From NCBI GenBank assembly GCA_947598785.1, contig CANQFL010000003.1:1-42774 (forward strand): a DNA stretch of 42,774 bases, given 5' to 3'. Under the pieces are notes generated by a model. It was not told the origin of the DNA. It saw only the letters and a list, made by a program, of their open reading frames with translations, and did not search any database. Within the stretch, counting starts at the first letter, position 1. Each line of letters starts with the position of its first letter. The DNA is from an uncultured Clostridia bacterium (GTDB lineage Bacteria > Bacillota > Clostridia > Christensenellales > UBA1242). Shown piece by piece: positions 9,808 to 19,914 of this stretch. Position numbers and translations under genes: made by a program.

Positions 9808-11391
9808 TTATTTAGCAGTTTCAGTAAACCTACTTTCTCGAATGACATTAACTTTGATTTGTCCAGGATATTGCATTTCATTTTCAATTTTAGAAGCAAT
9901 TTCTTTTGCCATAAACATAGCCTGACTATCAGAAATTTCTTCTGGTTTTACAATAATTCTAACTTCACGTCCTGCTTGAACTGCAAAGGATTTGTCGACT
10001 CCGTCAAAACTATTAGCAATATCTTCAAGTTGTTGAAGTCTTTTAATATAGTTTTCAAAGCTATCTCTTCTAGCACCAGGTCTAGAGCTTGAAATAGCAT
10101 CGGCAACCTGAACAATAACAGCTTCAATAGTTTTAAATTCTACATTAAAGTGATGAGCCTCGATACAATGTATAACTTCCTCATTTTCACCACATTTTCT
10201 TGCAAGTTCAACGCCAATTTGAACATGAGTACCTTCAAGTTCATGGTCTAAAGCTTTACCAATATCATGTAAAAGTCCACCACGTTTAGCGATTTTTACA
10301 TTTGCACCCATTTCACTAGCCAAAAGTCCAGCAATAATTGAACATTCAATAGAGTGTTTAAGCACATTTTGTCCATAACTTGTTCTGTATTTCAAACGTC
10401 CAAGAGTTTTAACCAATTCAGGATTAAGATTAAATATACCTGTTTCGTTACAAGCCTCTTCACCAGCCTGTTTAATGGTCTTATCAACCTCATTTTGCAT
10501 TTTTTCAACAATTTCTTCAATTCTTGTTGGATGAATTCTTCCATCAGAAATAAGTTTTTCAAGTGATAATCTAGCAACTTCTCTTCTGATAGGGTCAAAA
10601 CCAGAAATAGTGATTGTTTCAGGTGTATCATCAACGATAAGTTCCACACCAGTAGCTGCTTCGATTGCTCTTATATTTCGACCTTCTCGGCCAATAATTC
10701 TTCCTTTCATTTCGTCATTAGGAAGAGCAACGACACTTACAGTCATTTCGCTTGTAGTGTCAGTAGCACATCTTTGAAGAGCTTGACCAATAATTTCTCT
10801 AGCTTTCTTTTCCCCTTCTTCTTTAGCATCATCTTCAAGTTTTTTAACGATTGCGACAGCTTCTTTTTGAGCATCATTTCTCATTTGAGAAATAAGGACA
10901 TCTTTAGCTTCGGCACGAGAAAGTTTAGAAACCTTTTCAAGTTCCTCTATAATTTTAATTTTAGTATCTTCTTGTTCTTGTTTAATTTTTTCTAGATTTT
11001 CTTTTAAGTCAGCTATTCCCTTCTTTTCTTCCTCAATTTGTTCATTTCTTTTGTCAAGAGCAAGTTCTTTTTTTTCAATAAATTCTTCTCTTTGATTTAA
11101 ACGTTCTTCAAGTTTAGAAACTTCAAGACGTCTTTCTTTAATTTCCTGTTCAACTTGGTCTTTAACTTTTTGAGATTGCTCTTTGCTTTCTATAATTGCT
11201 TCTTTTTTTATTGTCTTAGCTTCTGCATACGCATCTTCAATGATTTTAAGCGCGTTAGACTTATTTTTTTCATTTTTTTTACTGCTGTATATTTTGTAAA
11301 CGACGAATCCTAAAGCAAGTCCAACAATGAATAAAACTATCGCTATCACAGACACGATTGCAGGAGAGACATCTAATAATAAACCATTCAT
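9808..11391 (-). CDS. rny: Ribonuclease Y
   Basis: N-terminal TM, coiled coil, KH domain (KGRIIGREGRNIR), HD domain (LLHDIGKA). Confidence 0.97.
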   Translation of the reverse strand: MNGLLLDVSPAIVSVIAIVLFIVGLALGFVVYKIYSSKKNEKNKSNALKIIEDAYAEAKTIKKEAIIESKEQSQKVKDQVEQEIKERRLEVSKLEERLNQREEFIEKKELALDKRNEQIEEEKKGIADLKENLEKIKQEQEDTKIKIIEELEKVSKLSRAEAKDVLISQMRNDAQKEAVAIVKKLEDDAKEEGEKKAREIIGQALQRCATDTTSEMTVSVVALPNDEMKGRIIGREGRNIRAIEAATGVELIVDDTPETITISGFDPIRREVARLSLEKLISDGRIHPTRIEEIVEKMQNEVDKTIKQAGEEACNETGIFNLNPELVKTLGRLKYRTSYGQNVLKHSIECSIIAGLLASEMGANVKIAKRGGLLHDIGKALDHELEGTHVQIGVELARKCGENEEVIHCIEAHHFNVEFKTIEAVIVQVADAISSSRPGARRDSFENYIKRLQQLEDIANSFDGVDKSFAVQAGREVRIIVKPEEISDSQAMFMAKEIASKIENEMQYPGQIKVNVIRESRFTETAK

Positions 11392-11500
11392 ATTCTCTCC
11401 AATTAAATAAGAAAATGTCTAGACGAAAATAGTACAATTTTCCTACTTAATAAGTTTAACCCTTTTAAGAATAATTTGTCAAACAAAATTAAGAGAAAAT

Positions 11501-11528
11501 AAAAAAAGAAGATAAAAGTCTTCTTTTT
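11501..11528 (-). terminator. Intrinsic terminator after clpX
   Basis: AAAAAGAAGA-N6-TCTTCTTTTT hairpin with T tract. Confidence 0.55.
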
Positions 11529-11535
11529 AAATTTA

Positions 11536-12813
11536 TTAAACTGCTTTTTTCTCTTCTTCTTTTTTAATTAAAATAGGTTCTTTGCCGTTTTCAATAAAAT
11601 CACGAGTAATGATAATCTTATTATATACATTTGCATCAGGCAAATCGAACATAAGTTCAAGCATTTTAGTTTCCATAATAGTTCTAATGCCCCTAGCGCC
11701 TGTTTTTAATTCGATAGCACGTTTAGAGATATATTCTAACACATCGTCCTCAAATTCAAGGTCAAATCCATCAATTTTAAACATTTGTTTATATTGTTTA
11801 ACAATAGAATTTTTAGGTTCAACTAAAATTCTTTTTATTGCATTTTCATCTAAATTATCAAGGCCGGTTACAATTTGAAGTCTTCCAACAAATTCAGGAA
11901 TCAAGCCAAACTTAATTAAATCATCTGGTTGTACGTCTTTTGAAAAATCAACTTTAGCTTTTTCGTTAGAATTTTTGATATTGGCATTAAAGCCGATAGA
12001 AGAAGTTGAAAGTCTTTTATAAATAATATCATCTAACCCTACAAAAGCGCCACCACAAATGAAAAGTATGTTTGTTGTGTCAATTTGTATCATTTCTTGA
12101 TGAGGGTGTTTTCTACCACCCTGAGGAGGAACACTCGCAATAGTACTTTCGATAATTTTTAAAAGAGCTTGTTGAACACCCTCTCCTCCAACATCACGAG
12201 TTAAAGAACGATTTTCACTTTTTCTTGCAATTTTATCAATTTCGTCAATATAAATAATTCCTCTTTGAGCCTTTTCAATATCATAGTCAGCGTTTTGAAT
12301 GAGTTTAAGAAGGACATTTTCAACATCTTCACCGACATAACCAGCTTCAGTAAGAGTTGTAGCATCTGCACAAGCAAAAGGGACATCAAGAATTTTAGCA
12401 AGAGTTTTTACAAGTAAAGTTTTTCCCGAACCAGTAGGGCCAATCATAAGGACATTACTTTTTTCAAGTTCCAAAGTATTTTTATCTTCTTTAGTCTTTT
12501 TAGCATTAATTTTGTTATGTTCATTATAATTAATTCTTTTATAATGATTATAAACAGCCACTGAAAGCACTTTTTTAGCTTGTTCTTGACCAATAACAAA
12601 AGCATCAAGACTTTTCTTGATATCTTTAGGAGAAGGTAAAACAAGGTCCTTAAAAGCTTTGACTTTTACAGTTTCTTCTTTTATTATATCAGCACAAATT
12701 CTGACGCAGTCATCACAAATAAAAGCATCACCATTTGGACTTGCTATCAATTTTTTTGCAGCCTTTTGTGGACGCCCACAAAAAGTACAAGTACACATTT
12801 CAATATCTTTCAT
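11536..12813 (-). CDS. clpX: ATP-dependent Clp protease ATP-binding subunit ClpX
   Basis: C4 Zn finger (CTFC...CDDC), [19 protein letters not shown] loop, GARG. Confidence 0.97.
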   Translation of the reverse strand: MKDIEMCTCTFCGRPQKAAKKLIASPNGDAFICDDCVRICADIIKEETVKVKAFKDLVLPSPKDIKKSLDAFVIGQEQAKKVLSVAVYNHYKRINYNEHNKINAKKTKEDKNTLELEKSNVLMIGPTGSGKTLLVKTLAKILDVPFACADATTLTEAGYVGEDVENVLLKLIQNADYDIEKAQRGIIYIDEIDKIARKSENRSLTRDVGGEGVQQALLKIIESTIASVPPQGGRKHPHQEMIQIDTTNILFICGGAFVGLDDIIYKRLSTSSIGFNANIKNSNEKAKVDFSKDVQPDDLIKFGLIPEFVGRLQIVTGLDNLDENAIKRILVEPKNSIVKQYKQMFKIDGFDLEFEDDVLEYISKRAIELKTGARGIRTIMETKMLELMFDLPDANVYNKIIITRDFIENGKEPILIKKEEEKKAV

Positions 12814-12827
12814 TCCAGCCCCTTATA

Positions 12828-13418
12828 TTATTTTTTTGATTTTCTAGTGATAAATATACTATCAATTAAGCCATATTTTTTTGCTTCGTCAGCAGACATA
12901 TAATTATCTCTGTCTGTATCTTTTTCTATAGTTTCTAAACTTTTGCCTGTATTTTGACTTAAAATTTTGTTAAGCATATTTTTAGTTTTCTTCATATGTT
13001 GAGCTTGAATTTCGATATCGCTAGCCTGCCCTTGAGTTCCACCTAAAGGTTGATGAATCATAATTTCACTATTAGGTAATGCAAATCTTTTACCTTTAGT
13101 ACCACTTGAAAGTAAGAAAGCGCCCATAGAAGCAGCAAGACCGATACAAATAGTCGAAACATCGCATTTAATATAGTTCATAGTATCGTAAATAGCGATA
13201 CCGGCACTAACAGAGCCACCAGGACTGTTAATGTAAAGGAAGATATCTTTATCTGGATTTTTACCTTCCAAATAAATAAGTTGAGCAATAACAACATTAG
13301 CAGTAGCGTCAGTAATTTCACCAGTTAAAAAGATAATTCTATCTTCAAGTAATCTAGAATAAATATCATAGGACCTTTCATTAGCACCTGTTTGGTCAAC
13401 AACCATAGGAATTAACAT
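12828..13418 (-). CDS. clpP: Clp protease proteolytic subunit ClpP
   Basis: [35 protein letters not shown]. Confidence 0.97.
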   Translation of the reverse strand: MLIPMVVDQTGANERSYDIYSRLLEDRIIFLTGEITDATANVVIAQLIYLEGKNPDKDIFLYINSPGGSVSAGIAIYDTMNYIKCDVSTICIGLAASMGAFLLSSGTKGKRFALPNSEIMIHQPLGGTQGQASDIEIQAQHMKKTKNMLNKILSQNTGKSLETIEKDTDRDNYMSADEAKKYGLIDSIFITRKSKK

Positions 13419-13435
13419 AAAAAACCTCCTAAAAA

Positions 13436-14701
13436 TTAATCATTATGACAATGTTTTTGAATATCCATTTTATTATTATCTCTTAAGAAATTCCAAAGAG
13501 CATCAAGTAAAAGGTCATTTTCAGCTTTAGCGATATCTTCAGGTTTAGTTAAGCCTTTAGTTTTCTTTTTGTATTCACTAGCACTTGGTTCAAGATTATT
13601 TTCATCAATAATCTTTCTAAAGATATATCTAGCCTTGATAGAAGATACAACTCTTTTTCTAACTTCCTTTTGATAACTTTCAATATCACTACCTGTAGTT
13701 CTTCTTACATAGTCCTCAAGAGTTAAGCCATACATTTTTAAAGTTTCAGACATTCTAGCCATATCATTTCTAGTATTAACTTCAATCATTTCTTCTGGAA
13801 TTTGAATATCGGTATGTTCAACAAGATAATCTCTAAGTCCGAATTCAAATTCTTCCTTTTGACGTTCACTCTTCATAGATTGAATATGAGCAGTTATATC
13901 TTTTCTATACTCATCAACAGTTTCAAATTCTGTCGTATCAGCAACAAATTTGTCATTGAAAGTAGGTAATTGTTTTTCTCTAACTTCTTTGATAAGAACT
14001 TTGAATGTAGTTGGTTGCCCTTTAAGTTCTTGAGAAGGATAATCAGCTGGGAAAGTAACATGGACATCAACATTATCTCCAGCTTTATGTCCAACGAGTT
14101 GGTCCTCAAAGTTATCTATAAAAGAATGAGAGCCTAGAACAAGGACATAGTCATTAGCAGAGCCACCAGCGAATTCGACATCATTAAGGAATCCCTTAAA
14201 ATCAATAAGGACACTATCGCTTAATTTAGCAGGTCTGTCAACTTTTTCAAATTTAGCATTATCTTCAAGAAGGTGGTCAATTTCATGTTGAATATCATGT
14301 TCACAAACAGTAGTATCAGGAACTTTAATAGAGATACCTTTGTAATCACATAATTTAAAATCAGGCACAATTTCAAATTTAATAGTAGCCTTAAGACCAG
14401 CCTCAATGGTATAGCTTTGTAATTCAGTTCTAGGTTGAACAACAGGTTCGTATTCAGGATTTTTACTTAAGATTTCGTTCATAGTTTTTTCATAAAAATA
14501 ATTAAAAGTATCATCAAAGAAAACCCCGTCACCGTAAGTTTTTTCAATAACCTTTCTAGGAGCGTGTCCCTTTCTAAATCCTTCTACAGAATATTTTGCT
14601 TTATTTTGCTGATAAATTAATTCGACAGCATCGTTCCATTCTTTATTGTCGATAGTCATCTCGACTTCAACTTTAGTATTTTCTTTTTTTATTTTGTACA
14701 T
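13436..14701 (-). CDS. tig: Trigger factor
   Basis: GFRKGHAP ribosome-binding motif, FKBP domain, tig-clpP-clpX order; likely start MYKIKK at 14701. Confidence 0.93.
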   Translation of the reverse strand: MYKIKKENTKVEVEMTIDNKEWNDAVELIYQQNKAKYSVEGFRKGHAPRKVIEKTYGDGVFFDDTFNYFYEKTMNEILSKNPEYEPVVQPRTELQSYTIEAGLKATIKFEIVPDFKLCDYKGISIKVPDTTVCEHDIQHEIDHLLEDNAKFEKVDRPAKLSDSVLIDFKGFLNDVEFAGGSANDYVLVLGSHSFIDNFEDQLVGHKAGDNVDVHVTFPADYPSQELKGQPTTFKVLIKEVREKQLPTFNDKFVADTTEFETVDEYRKDITAHIQSMKSERQKEEFEFGLRDYLVEHTDIQIPEEMIEVNTRNDMARMSETLKMYGLTLEDYVRRTTGSDIESYQKEVRKRVVSSIKARYIFRKIIDENNLEPSASEYKKKTKGLTKPEDIAKAENDLLLDALWNFLRDNNKMDIQKHCHND

Positions 14702-14870
14702 TTTATTCCCCTTTTTAAGTTTTGTAAAACTAGTTAAGTTTAACACATATTTTGCTAAAATGCAACAAATATTGACACTAAAAAAAATAGATTTTGTCTA
14801 AAATAAGAAAACTTTATAAAATAATATAAGAAAAAAGCGTAAAAAGAAAATGAAAATCTCATAAAAAAAT

Positions 14871-14899
14871 TTGATTTTACGAATAAATTGATTTATAAT
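14871..14899 (+). promoter_or_regulatory. SigA-type promoter for xer, probably giving a leaderless mRNA
   Basis: TTGATT (14871-76), 17 bp spacer, TATAAT (14894-99); ATG at 14906 with no SD sequence. Confidence 0.6.
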
Positions 14900-14905
14900 T
14901 TAAGC

Positions 14906-15946
14906 ATGAGCAAAATGTCATATTATGAAAAAAGAGATTTGAAAAATATGCAAAAAATCGGAAATTATCTAAGTAGTTTGCCCGATTTTTGTTATGATTT
15001 TTTCACAGGAATAGAGAATAATACATCGACACTTACAAGAGTAAATTATGCAATGGATTTATGCGTTTTTTTTGAATACCTAGAAAAATATGTTGTAAAA
15101 AAGCCAAAAGCAGAAATAACACTTGAAGATATAAATGAATTACAATCACGAAATATAGAAAATTACCTTTCCTATCTTTCTTATTATGAAAATAACGATA
15201 AAATGGTTAAAAATACTGAAAGAGGAAAAGCTAGAAAGCTTGCAAGCGTAAGGAGTTTTTTTAAATATTTATTTAATCATGATATGATATCCTCTAACGT
15301 AGCAAGCAAAATAGAAACACCAAAACTTCACAACAAAGAAATAATAAGGCTTGAAAAAGATGAAGTTGAAAGAATGTTGAATGCAGTTCAATCACCTACA
15401 ACCTTTACACAAAGACAAAAAACATATAATAAAAACACTCAAGAAAGAGATAATGCAATCGTAACCCTATTTTTAGGCACAGGGATACGTATTTCAGAAC
15501 TTGTAGGTTTGAATATAGAAGATTTTGATTTTTCACAAAACGCGTTTAAAGTGACAAGAAAAGGTGGAAATCAAGCAATATTATATTTTTCAATGGAAGT
15601 TACAGAAGCATTGCAAAATTGGTTAAGAAAAAGAGAAACATTAAAATTAGACCCAAATGAAAACGCAATGTTTGTTTCCCTCCAAAACAAAAGAATATGT
15701 GTTAGAGCAGTTGAAAACTTAGTAAAAAAGTTTGCTAAAGAAGGAAGTCCCTTAAAAAAGATATCACCTCATAAACTTCGTTCTACATTTGGTACAAATT
15801 TATATAGAGAAACAAAAGACATTTATATCGTAGCAGATGTTCTTGGACATAAAGATGTAAACACGACCCGAAAGCATTATGCAGCAATAAATGAAGATAT
15901 GAGAAAATCAGTAGCAAATAAAGTAAAAATTCATAGTTTAGATTAA
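14906..15946 (+). CDS. Tyrosine recombinase, XerC/XerS-like
   Basis: Complete catalytic set R (GIRISE), K (TRKGG), HKLR, LGH, Y (RKHY); N-terminal core-binding domain; about 346 aa. Confidence 0.9.
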   Translation: MSKMSYYEKRDLKNMQKIGNYLSSLPDFCYDFFTGIENNTSTLTRVNYAMDLCVFFEYLEKYVVKKPKAEITLEDINELQSRNIENYLSYLSYYENNDKMVKNTERGKARKLASVRSFFKYLFNHDMISSNVASKIETPKLHNKEIIRLEKDEVERMLNAVQSPTTFTQRQKTYNKNTQERDNAIVTLFLGTGIRISELVGLNIEDFDFSQNAFKVTRKGGNQAILYFSMEVTEALQNWLRKRETLKLDPNENAMFVSLQNKRICVRAVENLVKKFAKEGSPLKKISPHKLRSTFGTNLYRETKDIYIVADVLGHKDVNTTRKHYAAINEDMRKSVANKVKIHSLD

Positions 15947-15952
15947 TTATAT

Positions 15953-15996
15953 TGCATACTACACCATATATTGTGTATTATTCACGCATAATACAT
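15953..15996. repeat. 32-bp palindromic element, copy A, plus abutting half-site
   Basis: TGCATACTACAC-CATATATT-GTGTATTATTCA followed directly by CGCATAATACAT; lies between convergent xer and spoIVB. Confidence 0.8.
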
Positions 15997-16013
15997 GAAT
16001 ATATTGTTTAATT

Positions 16014-17204
16014 CTATAACATAAAATCAGTATAAACTCCATAACCTTTTGTAGGGTCATTTAAAAAGACATGAGTAACAGCACCAACAATTTTTCCATC
16101 TTGCATAATTGGAGAGCCACTCATACCCTGAACAATACCACCTGTAAGTTCCAAAAGGCGTTTATCTTTTACCCTAAAAACGATGCTTTTATCATTTGCA
16201 GATTTTTGATAATTTGCTTTAATAATTTCAATATCATATTCTTCACGAATACCACTAACACTTGAAACTATCTTTGCAGCACCCATTTTAACTCCTAAAC
16301 GTCCCCCAATTTTAGCTGTTAAATTTTCATCTACAAGATTATCTATTTCATTTAAAACACCTTTAATTCCAAATTTGGAGTTACTAATAATAGTTCCCTT
16401 GCTTTTATCAGACGCTACAAACACACATCTAAGTTCTCCAGGGTCATTTTTCTTTCCTTTATCAATGCCAATCAAGTTACATTCAAAAACATTTCCTTTA
16501 GCAACAGGAATGACGCTACCACTGTTTAACTCTACTATAGGGTGTCCCAAAGCACCATATTCAAAAGTGTTTTTATTTACAAAAGTCAAAGTACCAATTC
16601 CAGCAACATCGTCTTTAACCCAAATACCAAGTTTTAAATCACCATTTTCATCTTTAATTGTTTTTACAAGCGTTTTATAAGGTTTATTTTTTCGAATAAA
16701 CTCAACTTCAACCTCCTCAGGTGTTTCTTTAATATAATCAGAAAAACTTTCTAAGGAAGATAATTCTTGTCCATTTATTTTAGTGATTATATCACCCTCT
16801 TTAAAAATATTTCCATTCTCTTCACTAAGTACAATAGCCCCATCTGTACAAATAGATAAGCCAATAGGCACACCACCAACATAATATTCATCATCATTAG
16901 AAAGTCTTACATCAACTTTTTTTATAGGAATAAATCCAAATAATTTAAAGACTATTTCCCCCTGTTTAACCTTTTGACCACCAACAGTTTTTTCTCTTTC
17001 AACTAATTCACTTTTAAAAGCACCAAACCTTCCACTTTGATTAGCAATTTCCACATCTTCATACCCTGTCAAGAAACCATTTTCAAGTCCAGATAGTTCT
17101 TGCAGAGGAGAGATTATAGAGGTAAATAACAAAAACACAATTAAAAATGTGACTATACAAAAATATTGTTTTTTCATAACCATAGTTTTTGTAGAATTTT
17201 TCAT
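16014..17204 (-). CDS. spoIVB: Stage IV sporulation protein B (S55 serine peptidase with PDZ domain)
   Basis: GIGTLTF, YGALGH, TGGIVQGMSGSPI, GAVTHVF, DPTKGYG. Confidence 0.95.
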   Translation of the reverse strand: MKNSTKTMVMKKQYFCIVTFLIVFLLFTSIISPLQELSGLENGFLTGYEDVEIANQSGRFGAFKSELVEREKTVGGQKVKQGEIVFKLFGFIPIKKVDVRLSNDDEYYVGGVPIGLSICTDGAIVLSEENGNIFKEGDIITKINGQELSSLESFSDYIKETPEEVEVEFIRKNKPYKTLVKTIKDENGDLKLGIWVKDDVAGIGTLTFVNKNTFEYGALGHPIVELNSGSVIPVAKGNVFECNLIGIDKGKKNDPGELRCVFVASDKSKGTIISNSKFGIKGVLNEIDNLVDENLTAKIGGRLGVKMGAAKIVSSVSGIREEYDIEIIKANYQKSANDKSIVFRVKDKRLLELTGGIVQGMSGSPIMQDGKIVGAVTHVFLNDPTKGYGVYTDFML

Positions 17205-17213
17205 AATATACTT

Positions 17214-17843
17214 TTAAAGATTACTATTTAAAAGAAAGGAGTAATTTTCAAGTTCTTTACGCAACTCTTTACAATTAGGACAAATCCGTTGAACTTCTCT
17301 CCAAAATATAGGTTTATGATTCATATATTTGCTATGACAAAGTTCATGACAAATAACGTATTTAACAAGATTTTCAGGTAAAACTAATAATTTCCAATTA
17401 AGTTTAATACAACCATTTACATTATAACTCCCCCAAATTCTAACTGAATTTAAAGGTTTAATGTCTTTATATTTTAAATTACTTCCTTCTGAAATCTCCT
17501 TAGTTAAATTAATCAAATAATCAAAATGAGAAAGATAAAACTCTTTTATTGCTTTACTTTTTTGTGCTTCACTCATTTCATCAAAATGTTCGATTAGATT
17601 ATTTTTTCTATCTATCTTTTTTCCATGAAGATAAATAAAATTATTAAAATCAAAAGAACAAGAAAATTCTTGTTTTTCTTCCATTTTTCTCGCAACTCTA
17701 TCTAGCCACCTTGTCTTGCTTTTAATAAATTCATTCACCCTTTTATCACTTATATGTAAAGGTACTTTAAGAACAGCCTTTTCACAACTCAATACTTTAA
17801 GTATTATACTTTTTCTTTTTTCTTTTATAATTTCAATATTCAT
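17214..17843 (-). CDS. YgjP-like / M48-type zinc metalloprotease (DUF45)
   Basis: WGS, LNWKL, YVICHELCH (HExxH), NH...FW; likely start MNIEII at 17843. Confidence 0.85.
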   Translation of the reverse strand: MNIEIIKEKRKSIILKVLSCEKAVLKVPLHISDKRVNEFIKSKTRWLDRVARKMEEKQEFSCSFDFNNFIYLHGKKIDRKNNLIEHFDEMSEAQKSKAIKEFYLSHFDYLINLTKEISEGSNLKYKDIKPLNSVRIWGSYNVNGCIKLNWKLLVLPENLVKYVICHELCHSKYMNHKPIFWREVQRICPNCKELRKELENYSFLLNSNL

Positions 17844-17938
17844 ATTTTGATTATACCATTTTATTATTAAAAAGCCAAAATATAACAATAACCAAATAAA
17901 ATATTTTTATTTACATAATTTGTTAAATAAGCAAATTT

Positions 17939-18026
17939 TGCATAATACACAACATATTGTGTTTTAAATCAACATACTACTCATTATATGTTATATTATG
18001 CAATAAAAAATTTTTGCATAATACCT
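17939..18026. repeat. Two tandem 32-bp palindromic elements (copies B1 and B2) plus a half-site
   Basis: TGCATAATACAC-AACATATT-GTGTTTTAAATC (17939-70), AACATACTACTC-ATTATATG-TTATATTATGCA (17971-18002), TGCATAATACCT (18015-26). Confidence 0.7.
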
Positions 18027-18037
18027 ATTAAAAAAAT

Positions 18038-18066
18038 TTGACAATTTTATTTCAAAAAGATATAAT
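18038..18066 (+). promoter_or_regulatory. Consensus SigA promoter for the PadR-like gene
   Basis: TTGACA (18038-43), 17 bp spacer, TATAAT (18061-66); GGAGA RBS before ATG at 18088. Confidence 0.8.
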
Positions 18067-18087
18067 TTCAATATAGGAGAATTGTAT

Positions 18088-19746
18088 ATGGCATTCAATT
18101 CAAATGGACAAGTTCAATATTTAGTTCTTGACAGTCTTAAAGAAGGTTCTAAATATGGCTTAGAGATTATTGAATATATTTCTAAAAAAACTGGTGGAAA
18201 CTACATTATGAAAAAGCCTACCCTTTATTCATGTCTAACCAGAATGGAAAAGAAAGGATATGTTTCTTCATCTTTTTGGGGAGAAAGTGAATTAGGTGGC
18301 AAAAGGCACTACTATTCAATAACAAGCTCTGGGAAAAACACACTTGAAGAACTTGAAAAGGAATTTGCTAATGCAAACTACAATTCATTATCTTTAGAAG
18401 ATGAAAAACCGGAACAAACTCAGTCCCCTATTTTCTTACAACAAGATAATTTGTTTAATTTAGTTAAATCAGAACCAAAAGAAAAATCAATACAACAAGA
18501 CGAAAATAATGATGATACACTTGAAAATCAAATTGATATCTTTTCTTTGCAAGAAAACACCTTAGAAGATGACCAAAACAGCCAACAAGATGATACAGAC
18601 AAAGATAAAATTGAATATTATAAATCCATTCTTGAACAAGATACAAAAAAAGATGATGCAAAATTTTTAGACAAAGAAGAAGGTTTATCTATTGAAGAGG
18701 AAGAACAAAATAAACGTCTTTACGACACTTCAAATGAGTTAAAAAAATATCGCAAAAAGAAAAGTTTTTCTGAAAATCAAATTGAAATGGCTGTAGTTTA
18801 TGATAGTGCAGAAGAACATGAAATGCAAAGAGCTAGAATAGAAGAACTTAAAAAATCTATGCTAGAAATAAAAAACGGCCATATTCCACATGAAGAAAAT
18901 ACAAATCCAATACAATCATCAAATCAACCAGAAAATGACAATTTAATTTTTAATCAAGAAACAATAGAGCAAAGCGAAAAAATTAATGATGATGCAATAT
19001 TGATAACAAACCCAAGAATTTCAAGCAATGAGATTCCTATTCAAAAGAAAATTACCCCTCCTAATATTGAAGTTAATGTATATGACAGAAATTTGCCAGC
19101 TCCAAAAAGAAATGCTAGTTTAGAGCCAACTTATAAGGATATGATGGCAAAGTTATTTGAACACAAACGCGAAACAAAAAAAGAAGAAGAAAAAATAAAC
19201 ACACCTCCTGTTCAAAGTAGCGAAAATACTGATGAAGTAGATAGTTTTGTAGATTATTCTTCACTAAAATCTTATTATAATGGACATGGCATAGAATTTA
19301 AGGAATACAAAAAATCTTATGTTGAGAGAAATCATAACACAAATTTTTTAAATTTAATTGCATCTGTATTTCTTTTCCTACTTTCAGGTATTAGTAGTGC
19401 TATTCTTTTTGGAATTATTAGTGCAGCAAATTGTTTGCAACCTAGTTCAAATTTCTTATTTTATACTATACCAATTTTATTCTTTATATATGTAGTTTAC
19501 ACATTTATTAGATTTCAATTGTATCCAAGTAAAAAGGCCGGCATGAAATACACAAGTTTAGTTTATTGGGCAATATTTATAGTTGGTATAATAGCCATAT
19601 TTATAATAGATTTAATTTGTGGAATGCAATTTGAAACAATGTCATTATACTTAACACCTATTTTAGTCCCAATATTTGCATTATTAATTGCTGTTCCAAT
19701 ACACTATTATACTCGAAAATATTTATATAATAAGTTTTCAAAATAA
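18088..19746 (+). CDS. PadR-family wHTH fused to a long acidic linker and about 4 C-terminal TM helices
   Basis: N-terminal KYGLEII...PTLYSCLTRMEKKGYV...GGKRHYYSIT (PadR); E/D/N/Q-rich middle; hydrophobic C-terminal ~130 aa. Confidence 0.8.
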   Translation: MAFNSNGQVQYLVLDSLKEGSKYGLEIIEYISKKTGGNYIMKKPTLYSCLTRMEKKGYVSSSFWGESELGGKRHYYSITSSGKNTLEELEKEFANANYNSLSLEDEKPEQTQSPIFLQQDNLFNLVKSEPKEKSIQQDENNDDTLENQIDIFSLQENTLEDDQNSQQDDTDKDKIEYYKSILEQDTKKDDAKFLDKEEGLSIEEEEQNKRLYDTSNELKKYRKKKSFSENQIEMAVVYDSAEEHEMQRARIEELKKSMLEIKNGHIPHEENTNPIQSSNQPENDNLIFNQETIEQSEKINDDAILITNPRISSNEIPIQKKITPPNIEVNVYDRNLPAPKRNASLEPTYKDMMAKLFEHKRETKKEEEKINTPPVQSSENTDEVDSFVDYSSLKSYYNGHGIEFKEYKKSYVERNHNTNFLNLIASVFLFLLSGISSAILFGIISAANCLQPSSNFLFYTIPILFFIYVVYTFIRFQLYPSKKAGMKYTSLVYWAIFIVGIIAIFIIDLICGMQFETMSLYLTPILVPIFALLIAVPIHYYTRKYLYNKFSK

Positions 19747-19764
19747 GGGTATCCCCCTTATTTT
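19740..19764 (+). terminator. Intrinsic terminator of the PadR-like gene
   Basis: AAAATAAGGG-tatcc-CCCTTATTTT followed by a T-rich tract. Confidence 0.7.
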
Positions 19765-19784
19765 ATTTTTATTTTTATTTTTTT

Positions 19785-19914
19785 GAATAATATCTTATTT
19801 TATGGAACATAATACTAATAAGTTAAGTTACTTTTCAATAAAGTTCTTAACTTAAAAACGAAAAGAGATGCTTTAGTTCTTGAAGAACAAAATAACAATC
19901 TCTTTTCATTTTTT
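19785..19914 (+). ncRNA. Candidate sigmaG-dependent small RNA (promoter plus two hairpins)
   Basis: GAATA-N18-CATAATA (19785-19814), hairpin 19819-19854, hairpin 19860-19907 with T tract; no ORF. Confidence 0.4.

Noticed and set aside
17909-17931. Canonical dif site (ATTTACATAA resembles a XerD arm)
   Set aside because: No convincing partner arm at 6-bp spacing; likely chance in AT-rich DNA.
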